Of a DNA stretch of 56,554 bases, positions 8,672-18,001 are shown in pieces. The first letter of the stretch is position 1. The number at the start of each line of letters is the position of its first letter. Source of the DNA: Bradyrhizobium sp. GTDB lineage: Bacteria > Pseudomonadota > Alphaproteobacteria > Rhizobiales > Xanthobacteraceae. The notes beneath the pieces were generated by a model. It had not been told where the DNA came from. It saw only the letters and a program-made list of their open reading frames with translations, and made no database searches. The stretch lies in NCBI GenBank assembly GCA_035483915.1, contig DATHPL010000483.1:1-56554 (forward strand). The letters are read 5' to 3'. Both the position numbers and the translations under genes were made by a program.

Positions 8672-9415
8672 TCATCGTGCGCCGGCACGGTCGTCGCAAG
8701 GAACGATATCCTCGGGAGATTTCCGGGACGCCGCGTCAGGCGGAGAGAATACCGCCAGATACCCGCCATCGCCTGCGAGTTGGTGGGTCGCGATGGCACG
8801 ATAGCCGACCGCGGAAAGCTCGCAGCGGAGCAGCTCGATCGGTGTGCCGTGCTCGGGCGTCGGACGCTCCTGGTCGACAATGCCGACCCGCGCGCCGGGC
8901 TTGAGAGCCGGCCCGAGATTATAGAGCAAAGCATAGGGTTGCGCGATCTCGTGATACATGTGCACGAGGATTGCCGCGTCGAGCGATGAGGCGGGCAGCC
9001 GCGGATCGTGCGGCTCGCCGAGCACGAGTTTCACGTTGGTCAGTTTCAGCTGCTCGATGCGCTTTGCGAGCTCAACGAGATAGCTTTGCGTGACATCCTC
9101 TGCGATGACGGTGCCGGTGGGACCGACGCGGGGCGCCATGCGCACCGTGTGATAGCCGCTGCCGGCGCCGATGTCGGTCACCGTCATGCCTGGTTTGATC
9201 TCAAGAAGGCGCGCAATCTCGCCGTCCTCATCGAGCGCGTCGCGGCGGTCTTCGGCCGAGCGGCTTGGACTGACGATCGGCGCCACCGGGCGCCGCGGCG
9301 GAGGAAACCTCGTTGCGGGAACACCCGGCGGAGCCAGATAGCCGATGTCAGCAGCGGAGGCGCAAGTCGCGTTCAACACTGCAATTAGCGTCGCAGCGCG
9401 AGCGAGCTCGATCAT
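8672..9415 (-). CDS. Class I SAM-dependent methyltransferase with putative signal peptide
   Basis: VTDIGAGSGYHT SAM motif, VHMYHEI and LKPGARVGIVD; N-terminus resembles a signal peptide (…ATCASA|AD); start uncertain (9415 or 9433). Confidence 0.8.
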   Translation of the reverse strand: MIELARAATLIAVLNATCASAADIGYLAPPGVPATRFPPPRRPVAPIVSPSRSAEDRRDALDEDGEIARLLEIKPGMTVTDIGAGSGYHTVRMAPRVGPTGTVIAEDVTQSYLVELAKRIEQLKLTNVKLVLGEPHDPRLPASSLDAAILVHMYHEIAQPYALLYNLGPALKPGARVGIVDQERPTPEHGTPIELLRCELSAVGYRAIATHQLAGDGGYLAVFSPPDAASRKSPEDIVPCDDRAGAR

Positions 9416-9422
9416 TCTGCAA

Positions 9423-10076
9423 CTAGCCCGCAATGTGGAAGAACCAGCCGATCAGCCCCTTGCCATCGCGCACGTCAGCGACCCTGCGGCGCAGCCAGCC
9501 ATCGAGGCCGAGACTGCGGCCGGCGGCCTCGACCGTGAACAGGAACATTAGCACGGCGAGGAACATGTAGGTCCACGGCCACTCGGAGGAATTGTCGTAG
9601 AGCCCGAGCCAGAGCTGCAGCGTATATGCGATCGCCAGCACGCCCACGAGGCGCACCGCAAGCCCCAGCATTAACGATCCCGCAAACACGAGCTCGGCGA
9701 GAAACACGATCGGACCAAAGATCGACATGTGGGTCAGCACGAAATCCTTCAGGAATGTGCGATGAAACTGGAATGCCGCGTTGGTCGACTCCTGCTCGGT
9801 CCAGTATTGCAGGCCGTCGGAAAACGGCAGCGGCAGCTTCCACAACATGCCCTGGAACCACATGCAGCCGATCAACATGCGAGCGAACCAGACGCCGAGA
9901 TTGCGGCCGGTCCGTTGCGCCGGATCCTCCTGCCAATTTTTGAACGCAACCACCGTTCCGACGATCAGGAGTGCGTAGAACAGCGCCAGCACCAGAAAGC
10001 GCCACTCTCCGAGCTTTTGAAAATCGCCGGTGTTTGCCGTCAGGAACATCCAGGCATCGCTGAAAGGATTGGCCAT
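9423..10076 (-). CDS. DoxX/DoxD(TQO small subunit)-like membrane protein
   Basis: About 5 TM segments; RMLIGCMWFQGMLWK, AELVFAGSLMLGL, EWPWTY and AGRSLGLD motifs. Confidence 0.7.
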   Translation of the reverse strand: MANPFSDAWMFLTANTGDFQKLGEWRFLVLALFYALLIVGTVVAFKNWQEDPAQRTGRNLGVWFARMLIGCMWFQGMLWKLPLPFSDGLQYWTEQESTNAAFQFHRTFLKDFVLTHMSIFGPIVFLAELVFAGSLMLGLAVRLVGVLAIAYTLQLWLGLYDNSSEWPWTYMFLAVLMFLFTVEAAGRSLGLDGWLRRRVADVRDGKGLIGWFFHIAG

Positions 10077-10200
10077 GAGCGCGTGCTCCAGATCGATCGG
10101 TTATGTTGTTGTCTTAGCCAGGAAGGCGCGCCGCGGATATCCTCAGGCGGCGCAACCTTTACGCTACTACGCGAGAGAGCGTCCGGTTGTTACGTCGAAG

Positions 10201-10950
10201 TCACTGCGCCTTGATCCAATTATCCGATCCGGACAGCTTGACCGACACGTCCGTGAAGAACAGTCGAAAATCCTTTCCGTCAACTTTCCCGTGGTGATCC
10301 ATCGCGACGACGAGCGGGCCGGCCTTCTTGTAGTCGGTGTAATTGGCCATCACTAGGTGAGGCGGCGGGGTTGGAGCGCCACGGTGATAGACGATCTCCT
10401 GGATCTTCTTGTCGGCGCCGACATAGAGGTCCCAGGTATCGCCGGGCTGATAGCCCGCTTCCGGGTATTTCACCGAAACCTTTTGTGCGGACCCATCACC
10501 AAGCGGAAGCTTTTGTATGCCCTCGTCGGTCCCCGTCACGCCGTCCCATGCGATACGGATCGCGAGGATCAGCCAATACTGATCGTTCATGAACTGCGGA
10601 TCGAACGCCTTGATGGCCTCGCTCTGGCTCTGGAGTTCCGAGCGCTTGTAAGTCGCCTTGACCTCTTTGCCGTCCTTGTCTTTCCCGTCATACGAGACGG
10701 TGTCGGTCTTCGGACTCCATTCCCAACTGCGGGCAACCTTGATGACCGCGGAATCGATATTCCAAGTGTACCGGATGGCTTCGATTTGCCCAAATGAATC
10801 AAGGTTGTAAGCCTTGGCTATGTCGATCGTGGGCGATCGCTGCTGTGCTTCTGAAGGTCCGGGAAACGCCAGCAAAATGGCAGAAACGAACAGGATGACA
10901 AGCTTGGAGAGGGTCAAATCGTGGCGTGGCCAGGTACGATTAATGCGCAT
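10201..10950 (-). CDS. Secreted hypothetical protein (beta-rich)
   Basis: Signal peptide (…LAFPGPSEA|QQ); coding-like codon use; FMNDQYWL and PGDTWDLY segments. Confidence 0.7.
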   Translation of the reverse strand: MRINRTWPRHDLTLSKLVILFVSAILLAFPGPSEAQQRSPTIDIAKAYNLDSFGQIEAIRYTWNIDSAVIKVARSWEWSPKTDTVSYDGKDKDGKEVKATYKRSELQSQSEAIKAFDPQFMNDQYWLILAIRIAWDGVTGTDEGIQKLPLGDGSAQKVSVKYPEAGYQPGDTWDLYVGADKKIQEIVYHRGAPTPPPHLVMANYTDYKKAGPLVVAMDHHGKVDGKDFRLFFTDVSVKLSGSDNWIKAQ

Positions 10951-11137
10951 GTTGAAATCCCTCGGGTTTGATCGCGCTGTATCGACCGTGAGAGCCCCGG
11001 TCTCCCTATAACATTCGCGCGGGAACCTGGAAATTGCCTGTTATTGCTAAAACTCGTTAGCACTCAAAAATCCGTGGCCGAGCTCTCGCTTTACTTGCGA
11101 TTTTGGCTTCGAGTTTTTCGATCGCGTTTGTTTTGAT

Positions 11138-11455
11138 CGCACGGCAGGTTCTTTATCTGGTGGCGAACAACAGATGCTTGTGATCGCGAGAGGGCTGATG
11201 GCGGCTCCGCGGTTATTGCTGCTGGACGAACCCAGCCTCGGCCTCGCGCCGTCGACCGCACAAATGTTGTTCGAGACGATCGTCGAAGTTCGCCGGCGTG
11301 GCATTACGATCTGTTTGGTCGAGCAGGACGTGCATTCGACGCTGGAGATAGCCGACTACGCGTATGTCCTAGAGGATGGGGCTATCGTGGCCGATGGGGT
11401 TGGCGAACGAAATGTTGGGGTCGGCACAGGTGAGGGAAAGCTATCTCGGGTGTGA
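11138..11455 (+). pseudogene. C-terminal fragment of a LivF-type branched-chain amino acid ABC ATPase
   Basis: AGSLSGGEQQML..ARGLM..PRLLLLDEPSLGLAP...LVEQD...ADYAYVLEDG; Walker A and the N-terminal half are missing. Confidence 0.8.
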
Positions 11456-11600
11456 ACTGCGTTGACGGCTGCTTGCCCGGCAAGTTGTCAAGGTCTGCTT
11501 CAAGAATCGTTCATCGGATGGTTGCTACATAACAAACAGGTGCGTCGAACATCGCAAATCAAGGATTTGCTTGATGGTATTGCTGTTGTGAACGGGCCAT

Positions 11601-12061
11601 TTGGCGCAACAAGTTTTTGTCGGAGGTAAAACTCCATTTTCGCCCGTAGCTCACGGTGGGTTTTGGTCCAGGAGGGTCGAAAATGCTTTATATTTCAAGG
11701 GGGATTGACTGACACTCTCGCCGCCATTTCTACGCCACAGCTCTCCCCTGTATCCAATTGTTCGAAATTACCGCAAAACTACGGAAGAATTCCGCGATTT
11801 TGCGCTAATTCCTCCCGCAAGCCGTAGTTTTTCGTCTTGGGTTCGGAGGAGGGCTCTTCCGCCACTGCACGGTTTCCCTCCGTATCGCATTGTTCGAAGC
11901 GCCAGCAAAAACAACGAGCAGCGCGATAGAGGTTGAGGCCAGCTTCGCGGTGTTCCCTCTAGTCAACACGCAAACCGTAGTTTCTGGCCGTGGCTTCGGT
12001 GGATGCATTTCGCGAGAAAAACACATGACCCGGCAAGTTCAAGCCGCTCGACATCGAAGGC
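11601..12061 (+). repeat. Left copy of a long degenerate direct repeat (partner at 55462-55786)
   Basis: 45-nt core 11675-11719 matches 55539-55583 at 43/45; further shared blocks AGCAGCGCGA, CGCAAACCGTAG and CAAGCCGCTCGA. Confidence 0.85.
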
Positions 12062-12270
12062 AAAATCGGGGCGGCAACTAACCTGACGGCTGTGGCGCTA
12101 CCTCGTCGTTGCAAGCTACGCCTTTGACCGGCTGCACGCCCGGCTTGCCTCGCGCGCCAACACCACCCCCGCAACGACTATTGGTGACCAAGCGCCATAG
12201 ATAGCCGCCAGGGCGCCACTATCGCTCGCATGCTGCTGCGATTAAGCAGCGCCAGGAGCTCGCTATCGTC

Positions 12271-12720
12271 TTAAGCGCGAAAGCCCGATTCCTTCGCCTC
12301 CGGATTTTCTCCAAGACTGTAGATCAGCGCCGTTAATGCCAACGACGTGCCTAGCACGACGACCGCCCACCATCCGTAGTTCAGGAAACACCATGCGGCG
12401 ATTACCGAAGCGACGGAGCCTCCGGCGAAGAAACCGGCGATATATATCGCGTTCATCCGGCCCCGCTTGTTCGGATCCAGAGAATAGATGGCGCGTTGCC
12501 CGAAAACCAAATGAGCCGACACCGCCCCATCCAACACGACTGCGACCAGGACGATGATCGCGATACGCACGTCGTAGGCCATCAATGATGTCAAAAACGC
12601 CAGCATCGCGATAACCATTGCTCCCCACGTAGCCTGCCGAATATATCCTTTGTCGACAAGACGCGTCGCGAACGGAGGAGTGATAGCACCCGCGACACCA
12701 GCGATCGCGACCCTCCGCCT
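12271..12720 (-). pseudogene. C-terminal fragment of an MFS transporter
   Basis: GVAGAI...RLVDKG and QRAIYSLDPNKRGRMNAIYIAGFFAGGSVAS...GWWAV; only ~5 TM helices, N-terminal half absent; 5' boundary approximate. Confidence 0.72.
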
Positions 12721-12775
12721 CTGCGTCAGAATGCAGCAGCGGGGGCAAAGCTTCAATTATGTCTGTCTTGCCATG

Positions 12776-13558
12776 TCAGATGATTGAGCGCCTTGACGCG
12801 ATCCCGCCGTCGATCGTGACAATGGTACCGGTTATGTAGCCAGCCCGTGGCGAGGCCAGAAACGCGATGAGGTCGGCGACCTCTTCCGGCGTCGCCGGTC
12901 GTTTACCCGGATACTTGTCATTCAGTTCTTCCCAGCGGCTTTCGTCGCCATACCATTCGATCGCCCGCCGTTTCATGATCTTGACCATACGGTCGGTCGC
13001 AACCGGGCCCGGATTTACGCCAACGACGCGTACGCCATGGTCAAGGCTCACGCCGCCCAAGCCCCGCGTGAATGCCATCAGACTCGCGTTGCCGGCTGCG
13101 CCGGCGATATAATTGGCATCCCAGTTTTCCCCGGAATTGCCGATATCGTTGATTATGACGCCGCTTTTCCGGTCCACCATCCGTCGATAAATGTGCCGCG
13201 TCAGATTGATGTAGCCATAGACCTTGACGTCCCAGCCATTGCGCCAGGCTTCCTCGTCGACATGATCCAAATCGCCGGAAGGGATGTCGCCGGCGTTGTT
13301 GACCAGGATATCGGCCTCGCAAAATTGTTCGGCCAGCTTCCTGATATCTGCGCTCGATCCCATGTCGGCGGCGAAAACCGCAATGCGCGTCTTGTGCTGG
13401 CGCAGTATCTCTTCCCGGTTTTTTTCCAGTTGGTCCAGTGATCGTGCCGACAGATAGAGTTCGCATCCTTCTTTCGCAAAGGCCCAGGCCGTAGCCAGTC
13501 CGATCCCCTTCGAGGCACCCGTGATGAGTACGCGTTTTCCTTCCAGGTCCAGTTGCAT
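12776..13558 (-). CDS. Atypical short-chain dehydrogenase/reductase
   Basis: TGASKGIG, LVNNAG, VNPGPVAT and TIDGG motifs; YxxxK replaced by GAAGN. Confidence 0.9.
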   Translation of the reverse strand: MQLDLEGKRVLITGASKGIGLATAWAFAKEGCELYLSARSLDQLEKNREEILRQHKTRIAVFAADMGSSADIRKLAEQFCEADILVNNAGDIPSGDLDHVDEEAWRNGWDVKVYGYINLTRHIYRRMVDRKSGVIINDIGNSGENWDANYIAGAAGNASLMAFTRGLGGVSLDHGVRVVGVNPGPVATDRMVKIMKRRAIEWYGDESRWEELNDKYPGKRPATPEEVADLIAFLASPRAGYITGTIVTIDGGIASRRSII

Positions 13559-13755
13559 ACGTTTTCCTTTACTCGACAGTCGTCGTTGGATGGATTTCCT
13601 GCAAAGAGAGCCGTAAGCGCAGGCAGGTTTGCGCGAACGTTCCCGCCGTCTCGGTCGGCAACGCTAACCGGGATGCGGGGTCGCTGGATGTTCGCATTGC
13701 GACGGAAACCGGAGCGTCGTCTGACGGCAGACACCATTATGGCTTATGATAAATC

Positions 13756-13769
13756 ACTTGCATACAAGT
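13756..13769. promoter_or_regulatory. Putative MarR operator ACTTGCATACAAGT between the divergent SDR and NCS2 genes
   Basis: Near-palindrome matching the perfect palindrome at 17982-18001. Confidence 0.5.
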
Positions 13770-13813
13770 AAGTCAGATGACAAGTTTATTCGATTGTTGG
13801 CGGGCTCCCGGCG

Positions 13814-15196
13814 ATGGAAGTATCGAAACAAGTGGAAGTAGGCCAGTTGCTTGCCGATGATGGCGCCGCCGGCACCGGTGATGGCGATGCCGGTACGATA
13901 GCTCTGCGCTACGGTCTCGAAGACAAGCCGTCACCGCTCGAGGCGTTCCTGTATGGGGCACAGCATGTACTGATCATGTTCTCGGCCATGGTAGCCTCAC
14001 CACTGGTCATCGGGCAGCTTTTGAATCTGCCTGCGGACCTCCGTGCCGCGCTCATAACCGGCGTGATGCTGGGGTGCGGGATAGGTACGTTGATTTCCGC
14101 ATTGGGAGTCGGTTGGGTCGGGGCGCGCCTGCCGCTGCTGCTCGGTGCTTACACGGTTTATATCGGTCCAGTTGTTCAAATTTCCAAGTCAGAGAGCCTC
14201 GGCGCCGCCACAGGCGCATTGCTGATAGGGGGCGTTGTTCTGCTGGCAATCAGTCCGATCGTTGGAAAAGTCCGTCGTTTCTTTCCTCCGATCGTTATCG
14301 GCTCGTTACTGATCGTCACAGGACTTGCATTGATAAAGATCGCGATGAACGTGGCGTTCGGGGCAAATACACCCTATTTCGGGCAACCGATAACGGTAGC
14401 GTTCCTGCTCGGAAGCATCATCCTGATCACGGTCATCGCCGCGCTGGGAAATAGGACGATCCGGTCGTTTTCCATCCTGCTGGCTGTCGTTGGGGTTTAT
14501 ATCGCCGGATTTTTCAGCGGCCTGGAAAATTTTGAAAATCTGGTTGCTGCGCCATGGTTCAGGGTACCAAGCTTTTTACCGTACGGTATAGCGTGGCCGA
14601 GCGTCGGTGGCGCGACGTCGATCATTATCTATCAAGTGGTCGCTGCGATCTACACGATGAGCATCACCATAGCCCTGTGCGTGATGATTCAAGTAGAGCC
14701 GACTGAGCGGCGTATCCGGGGCGCGATAGCGGGGGACGGCCTGGGGTCGACGATCGCGGTTGTTTTCGGGGGAGTTCCCCTCATATCCTACGACCAGAAC
14801 GTCGGTGCGATTTCGCTGACCGGTGTGGCCAGTCGTTATGTTGTTGCGATATCCGGGTTGATACTTGTTTGCATGGCGTTTCTGCCAAAGGTGGGAGCCG
14901 CGGTCGGCGTGATCCAGCCTTTTATGCTCGGAGGAACGCTGGTCTTCATGTTTGGCATGATTGTCGTGGTCGGCATCAAGATCGTCTCCCGATCCCTGGA
15001 AGAGCAGCGCGACACACTCATACTCGCAGCTTCGGTCGGTCTCAGCACGGTTGTGAATCTGGCGCCCGCGCAGGTGTTCGAAGTCGTTCCCGCGGCGGTC
15101 CGCATATTGGCCGCAGATGGAATTGTCGTCGGCACTCTCGTCGCAGTCTTGCTGAATGTGCTGCTGCCGTTCGAAAAGCGCGCGCGAACGAAATAA
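13814..15196 (+). CDS. NCS2/NAT nucleobase:cation symporter (uracil/xanthine permease family)
   Basis: YGAQHVLIM, FFPPIVIG, GDGLG and the NAT signature QNVGAISLTG. Confidence 0.92.
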   Translation: MEVSKQVEVGQLLADDGAAGTGDGDAGTIALRYGLEDKPSPLEAFLYGAQHVLIMFSAMVASPLVIGQLLNLPADLRAALITGVMLGCGIGTLISALGVGWVGARLPLLLGAYTVYIGPVVQISKSESLGAATGALLIGGVVLLAISPIVGKVRRFFPPIVIGSLLIVTGLALIKIAMNVAFGANTPYFGQPITVAFLLGSIILITVIAALGNRTIRSFSILLAVVGVYIAGFFSGLENFENLVAAPWFRVPSFLPYGIAWPSVGGATSIIIYQVVAAIYTMSITIALCVMIQVEPTERRIRGAIAGDGLGSTIAVVFGGVPLISYDQNVGAISLTGVASRYVVAISGLILVCMAFLPKVGAAVGVIQPFMLGGTLVFMFGMIVVVGIKIVSRSLEEQRDTLILAASVGLSTVVNLAPAQVFEVVPAAVRILAADGIVVGTLVAVLLNVLLPFEKRARTK

Positions 15197-15277
15197 ACGG
15201 TTGGAATAACCAGGCGCGCCGGGGTCTTTCACACGGGAATGCCAAACTCCTCCTGCGCGCCGAATTCCTGTCGCCGG

Positions 15278-15763
15278 CTATTCCCTGGAAAATTCGTCTT
15301 CGCCGGAAACCAGAAGACCTAAAAGCGAGATTAACTGCTTGCGTTGGGTTAGTGTCAGCGGGGACAAGGTCTGCTCGTTGGCACGAAGCCCCATCTCGAT
15401 GGCTTTCGCGATCAGTGCGCGGCCCGAAGCCGTCAGGTCGATGATCACCCGACGCCGATCTTCCTTGTTTTTTGCGATCGAGATCAGCTTTCGGGCCTTG
15501 AGCCGGCGGATCACGCCGACCATCGAGGCTGTATCGAGGCCGACGGACCGGCCAAGCTGATTTTGCGAACACGCCCCGGTCGTCTGGAGGCGGGCCATTG
15601 CGGCAAATTGGGCCTGCGTGAGTCCCAAATCCATGTTCTTGAAGAAGATATCCGTATGCTTCTGCATCGCGAGCCGCAAACGAAACCCAATCTGGCTATC
15701 CAGATCGTAAGATGATGCGTCCTTGGCTGGGAAAGCCAGCACTGTCGCTCTGGGAGTTTTCAT
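15278..15763 (-). CDS. MarR-family regulator (NicR-like)
   Basis: YDLDSQIGFRLRLAMQKH, LTQAQF, GVIRRLKARKLI and EDRRR...LTASG motifs. Confidence 0.9.
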   Translation of the reverse strand: MKTPRATVLAFPAKDASSYDLDSQIGFRLRLAMQKHTDIFFKNMDLGLTQAQFAAMARLQTTGACSQNQLGRSVGLDTASMVGVIRRLKARKLISIAKNKEDRRRVIIDLTASGRALIAKAIEMGLRANEQTLSPLTLTQRKQLISLLGLLVSGEDEFSRE

Positions 15764-16089
15764 TGGGCGGTCAACGACCCTGGGCCGGATGGATTGAATA
15801 TGTCGAACCTTCGACGACGAGATGCGATGTCACAACAGACGAGAACGGCAAATGTCCAGATCGTGGAGCCGACTATCCGAGCAGGACCATTTCATAGATC
15901 ATCGCGCGCAGGACGAAAAGCGCCATTCCCGGCGTTTAACTGCTTTATCCTGTATCTCCCGCATCTGTGCGGGGAGGGGCAGATTAGAAGTGTCACTTCC
16001 CCCGGCGCGACGACGGCCACGCGGGCACCGAGTAAAATATATGGCAGGCGCTGTATGAAAGTGCCGCCGCTGCGCCAACAGAGGATGCC

Positions 16090-16116
16090 CGGCGGCGAAG
16101 CGAAAGCCCGCCGCCG
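16090..16116 (-). terminator. GC-rich hairpin downstream of the SDR gene (possible terminator)
   Basis: CGGCGGCG...CGCCGCCG 8-bp stem, 24 nt after the stop; no clear U-tract. Confidence 0.3.
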
Positions 16117-16139
16117 AAGTGTCGTCCTCGACCGGCCGA

Positions 16140-16949
16140 TTAGCGATCGCGAGCGCGATCCATCAGTGCCTTTTCCTGGCCGCCATCGATCTCGATCATC
16201 GTGCCGTTGACATAGTGGGTCAGCGGAGACGCCATCATAGCAACGAGGTTTGCAACCTCTTCCGGTTCAGCGATCCGCCCCATCGGAATGGCGGCGGGAG
16301 CAAGCGTGTCTGCCTCCGCGTAGGGAATGTTCATGTCGCGGGACATCGCTTTGACGAGGCCGTCCCAGCGCTCCGTTCGGACCGGACCGGGATTCACCGC
16401 CACGAACGAAATGCCGTGTTTGCCGTACTGACCGGCCAGCGCCTTGGTGAGATTCTGTCCGGCCGCATTGGCCGCGCCAGGTGCGATCTCCCAGTAAGAT
16501 GGCTTGACGCCGTCATTTCCAATCAGATTGACGACCCGACCGCCGCCTTGATTGACCATGATCGGAAGCGAATAGCGCAGGCAACGCACATAGCCCATGA
16601 ACTTCAACTGCAGGGCCTGATACCAATGATCCTCGGTGAGTGTTTCGATCACGCCTCCAGGCGCCGCGCCGGCATTGTTGATCATGATATCGACGCGCCC
16701 AAGCGCCTCGGCTGCCTTCTCGACGAAGTTCGCGGCGTCGGCGTCTTTTGTCAGGTCTGCCGGGATTGCGACAACCTTCCGGCCCGTCGCATTGCTCAAT
16801 TCCGCCGCGACGGATTCCAGTAGCTCCTTCCGGCGCGCGCAGATGGCAACATCGACACCTTCTTTGGTGAGCACCGACGCAATCGCGCGTCCGATTCCTT
16901 CACTGCCGCCGGTGATGAGGGCCGTCTTGCCTTTGAGCTGTAGATCCAT
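16140..16949 (-). CDS. Atypical short-chain dehydrogenase/reductase
   Basis: MDLQLKGKTALITGGSEGIG, INNAG and VNPGPVRT; YxxxK replaced by PGAAN; RBS GGAGGA before ATG 16949. Confidence 0.9.
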   Translation of the reverse strand: MDLQLKGKTALITGGSEGIGRAIASVLTKEGVDVAICARRKELLESVAAELSNATGRKVVAIPADLTKDADAANFVEKAAEALGRVDIMINNAGAAPGGVIETLTEDHWYQALQLKFMGYVRCLRYSLPIMVNQGGGRVVNLIGNDGVKPSYWEIAPGAANAAGQNLTKALAGQYGKHGISFVAVNPGPVRTERWDGLVKAMSRDMNIPYAEADTLAPAAIPMGRIAEPEEVANLVAMMASPLTHYVNGTMIEIDGGQEKALMDRARDR

Positions 16950-17076
16950 CGTAGAGTCCTCCGTGTTTGATGACTGGTTGTCGGTGAAAAGTACCAGGGC
17001 GGTTGTCTTTAAGGCGTGTCTTGGTCTTTTGGTCGCGTTTCCCGAAAGTTCGCTCATCGCGTCTGTCGTCGCTCGC

Positions 17077-17940
17077 TCACCGTTGCATGTTCCCTGGCTT
17101 ATGAGCCATCCAGGCGTCGACTGATGTGGCATAGAACAACTCGCAAAGTGCGGCATTGACCGCGTTCGGCTCCTCCAAGGTAATCGTATGACCGGACCGG
17201 GGCACGACGACGAGCGCAGCTTGCGGTACGATCCGCTTGAGAAACAGGCTTCCATCAAAGCAGGGATGGTCTTCGTCGCCGACTAATACAAGCAGCGGCA
17301 AGCGAAAAGCCTCCAATTGCGTTTTCATATCCCAGAGCGTGGGACGTTTCTGTTGAAGGTTGCGCATGGTGAGCGCGGACCCTATTGCCGAATGTTGAGC
17401 CAGCATGCTTTCGAATTCAGCAAACCCGCGCGGGTCCTTGGCTTCAAACGTCGTCCGCATCGGAAAGCGCGCGTACTTCGCCGCCGCCTCGGCGATCGGT
17501 TCGCGTTCGAAAATTTCCGCTATTCGCTCGCACGCCTGTGCCGCTTCTTCCCGTTCATCGGGTTTGGATCCCCATCCACATCCCAGGACGGAGACTGAGA
17601 GGCAACGCTCCGGATGTCGAATGCCGACATGCAGAGCTGTGTAAGCGCCCATGGAGTGGCCAACTATATGAGCCCGCTCAATCTCCAATGCATCGAGAAC
17701 GGCGATGACATCGGATCGCGCAAGATCCTGACTATAGGCCTCCGGATTTTCGGGCACATCCGAAGGCGGATAGCCGCGCGACGCGAACGTGACGCATCGA
17801 TGCATGCGCGACAGATGTCTTACCTGGGGTTCCCATGCCCGGTGGTCGCCAGCAAATTCGTGCACGAAGACAACCGGAACGCCCGCGCCTGCTTCTTCGA
17901 CATGGAGTCGTATCCCGTCTTTCGAGAAGACCACTGTCAC
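17077..17940 (-). CDS. Alpha/beta hydrolase
   Basis: GHSMG nucleophile elbow, GDED and SGH; GGAGG RBS before GTG 17940. Confidence 0.88.
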   Translation of the reverse strand: MTVVFSKDGIRLHVEEAGAGVPVVFVHEFAGDHRAWEPQVRHLSRMHRCVTFASRGYPPSDVPENPEAYSQDLARSDVIAVLDALEIERAHIVGHSMGAYTALHVGIRHPERCLSVSVLGCGWGSKPDEREEAAQACERIAEIFEREPIAEAAAKYARFPMRTTFEAKDPRGFAEFESMLAQHSAIGSALTMRNLQQKRPTLWDMKTQLEAFRLPLLVLVGDEDHPCFDGSLFLKRIVPQAALVVVPRSGHTITLEEPNAVNAALCELFYATSVDAWMAHKPGNMQR

Positions 17941-17981
17941 TTGCGCCTCCGCATCGGTGTGCACAAAGGATAATCACAAAC

Positions 17982-18001
17982 ATTGCTTGTATACAAGCAA
18001 T
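17982..18001. promoter_or_regulatory. Perfect 20-bp palindrome ATTGCTTGTATACAAGCAAT, putative MarR operator
   Basis: Seen directly, upstream of the hydrolase-SDR-MarR run; 16/20 copy at 18056-18075. Confidence 0.65.

Noticed and set aside
8672-9415. Methyltransferase as ArsM, making this a canonical arsenosugar cluster
   Set aside because: It lacks the multiple conserved Cys of ArsM and has a signal-like leader; neither radical SAM was recognisable as ArsS
15956-15979. CTCCCGCA-tctg-TGCGGGGAG as a RIME/REP element
   Set aside because: Single short degenerate hairpin with no second arm or other copy seen in the window
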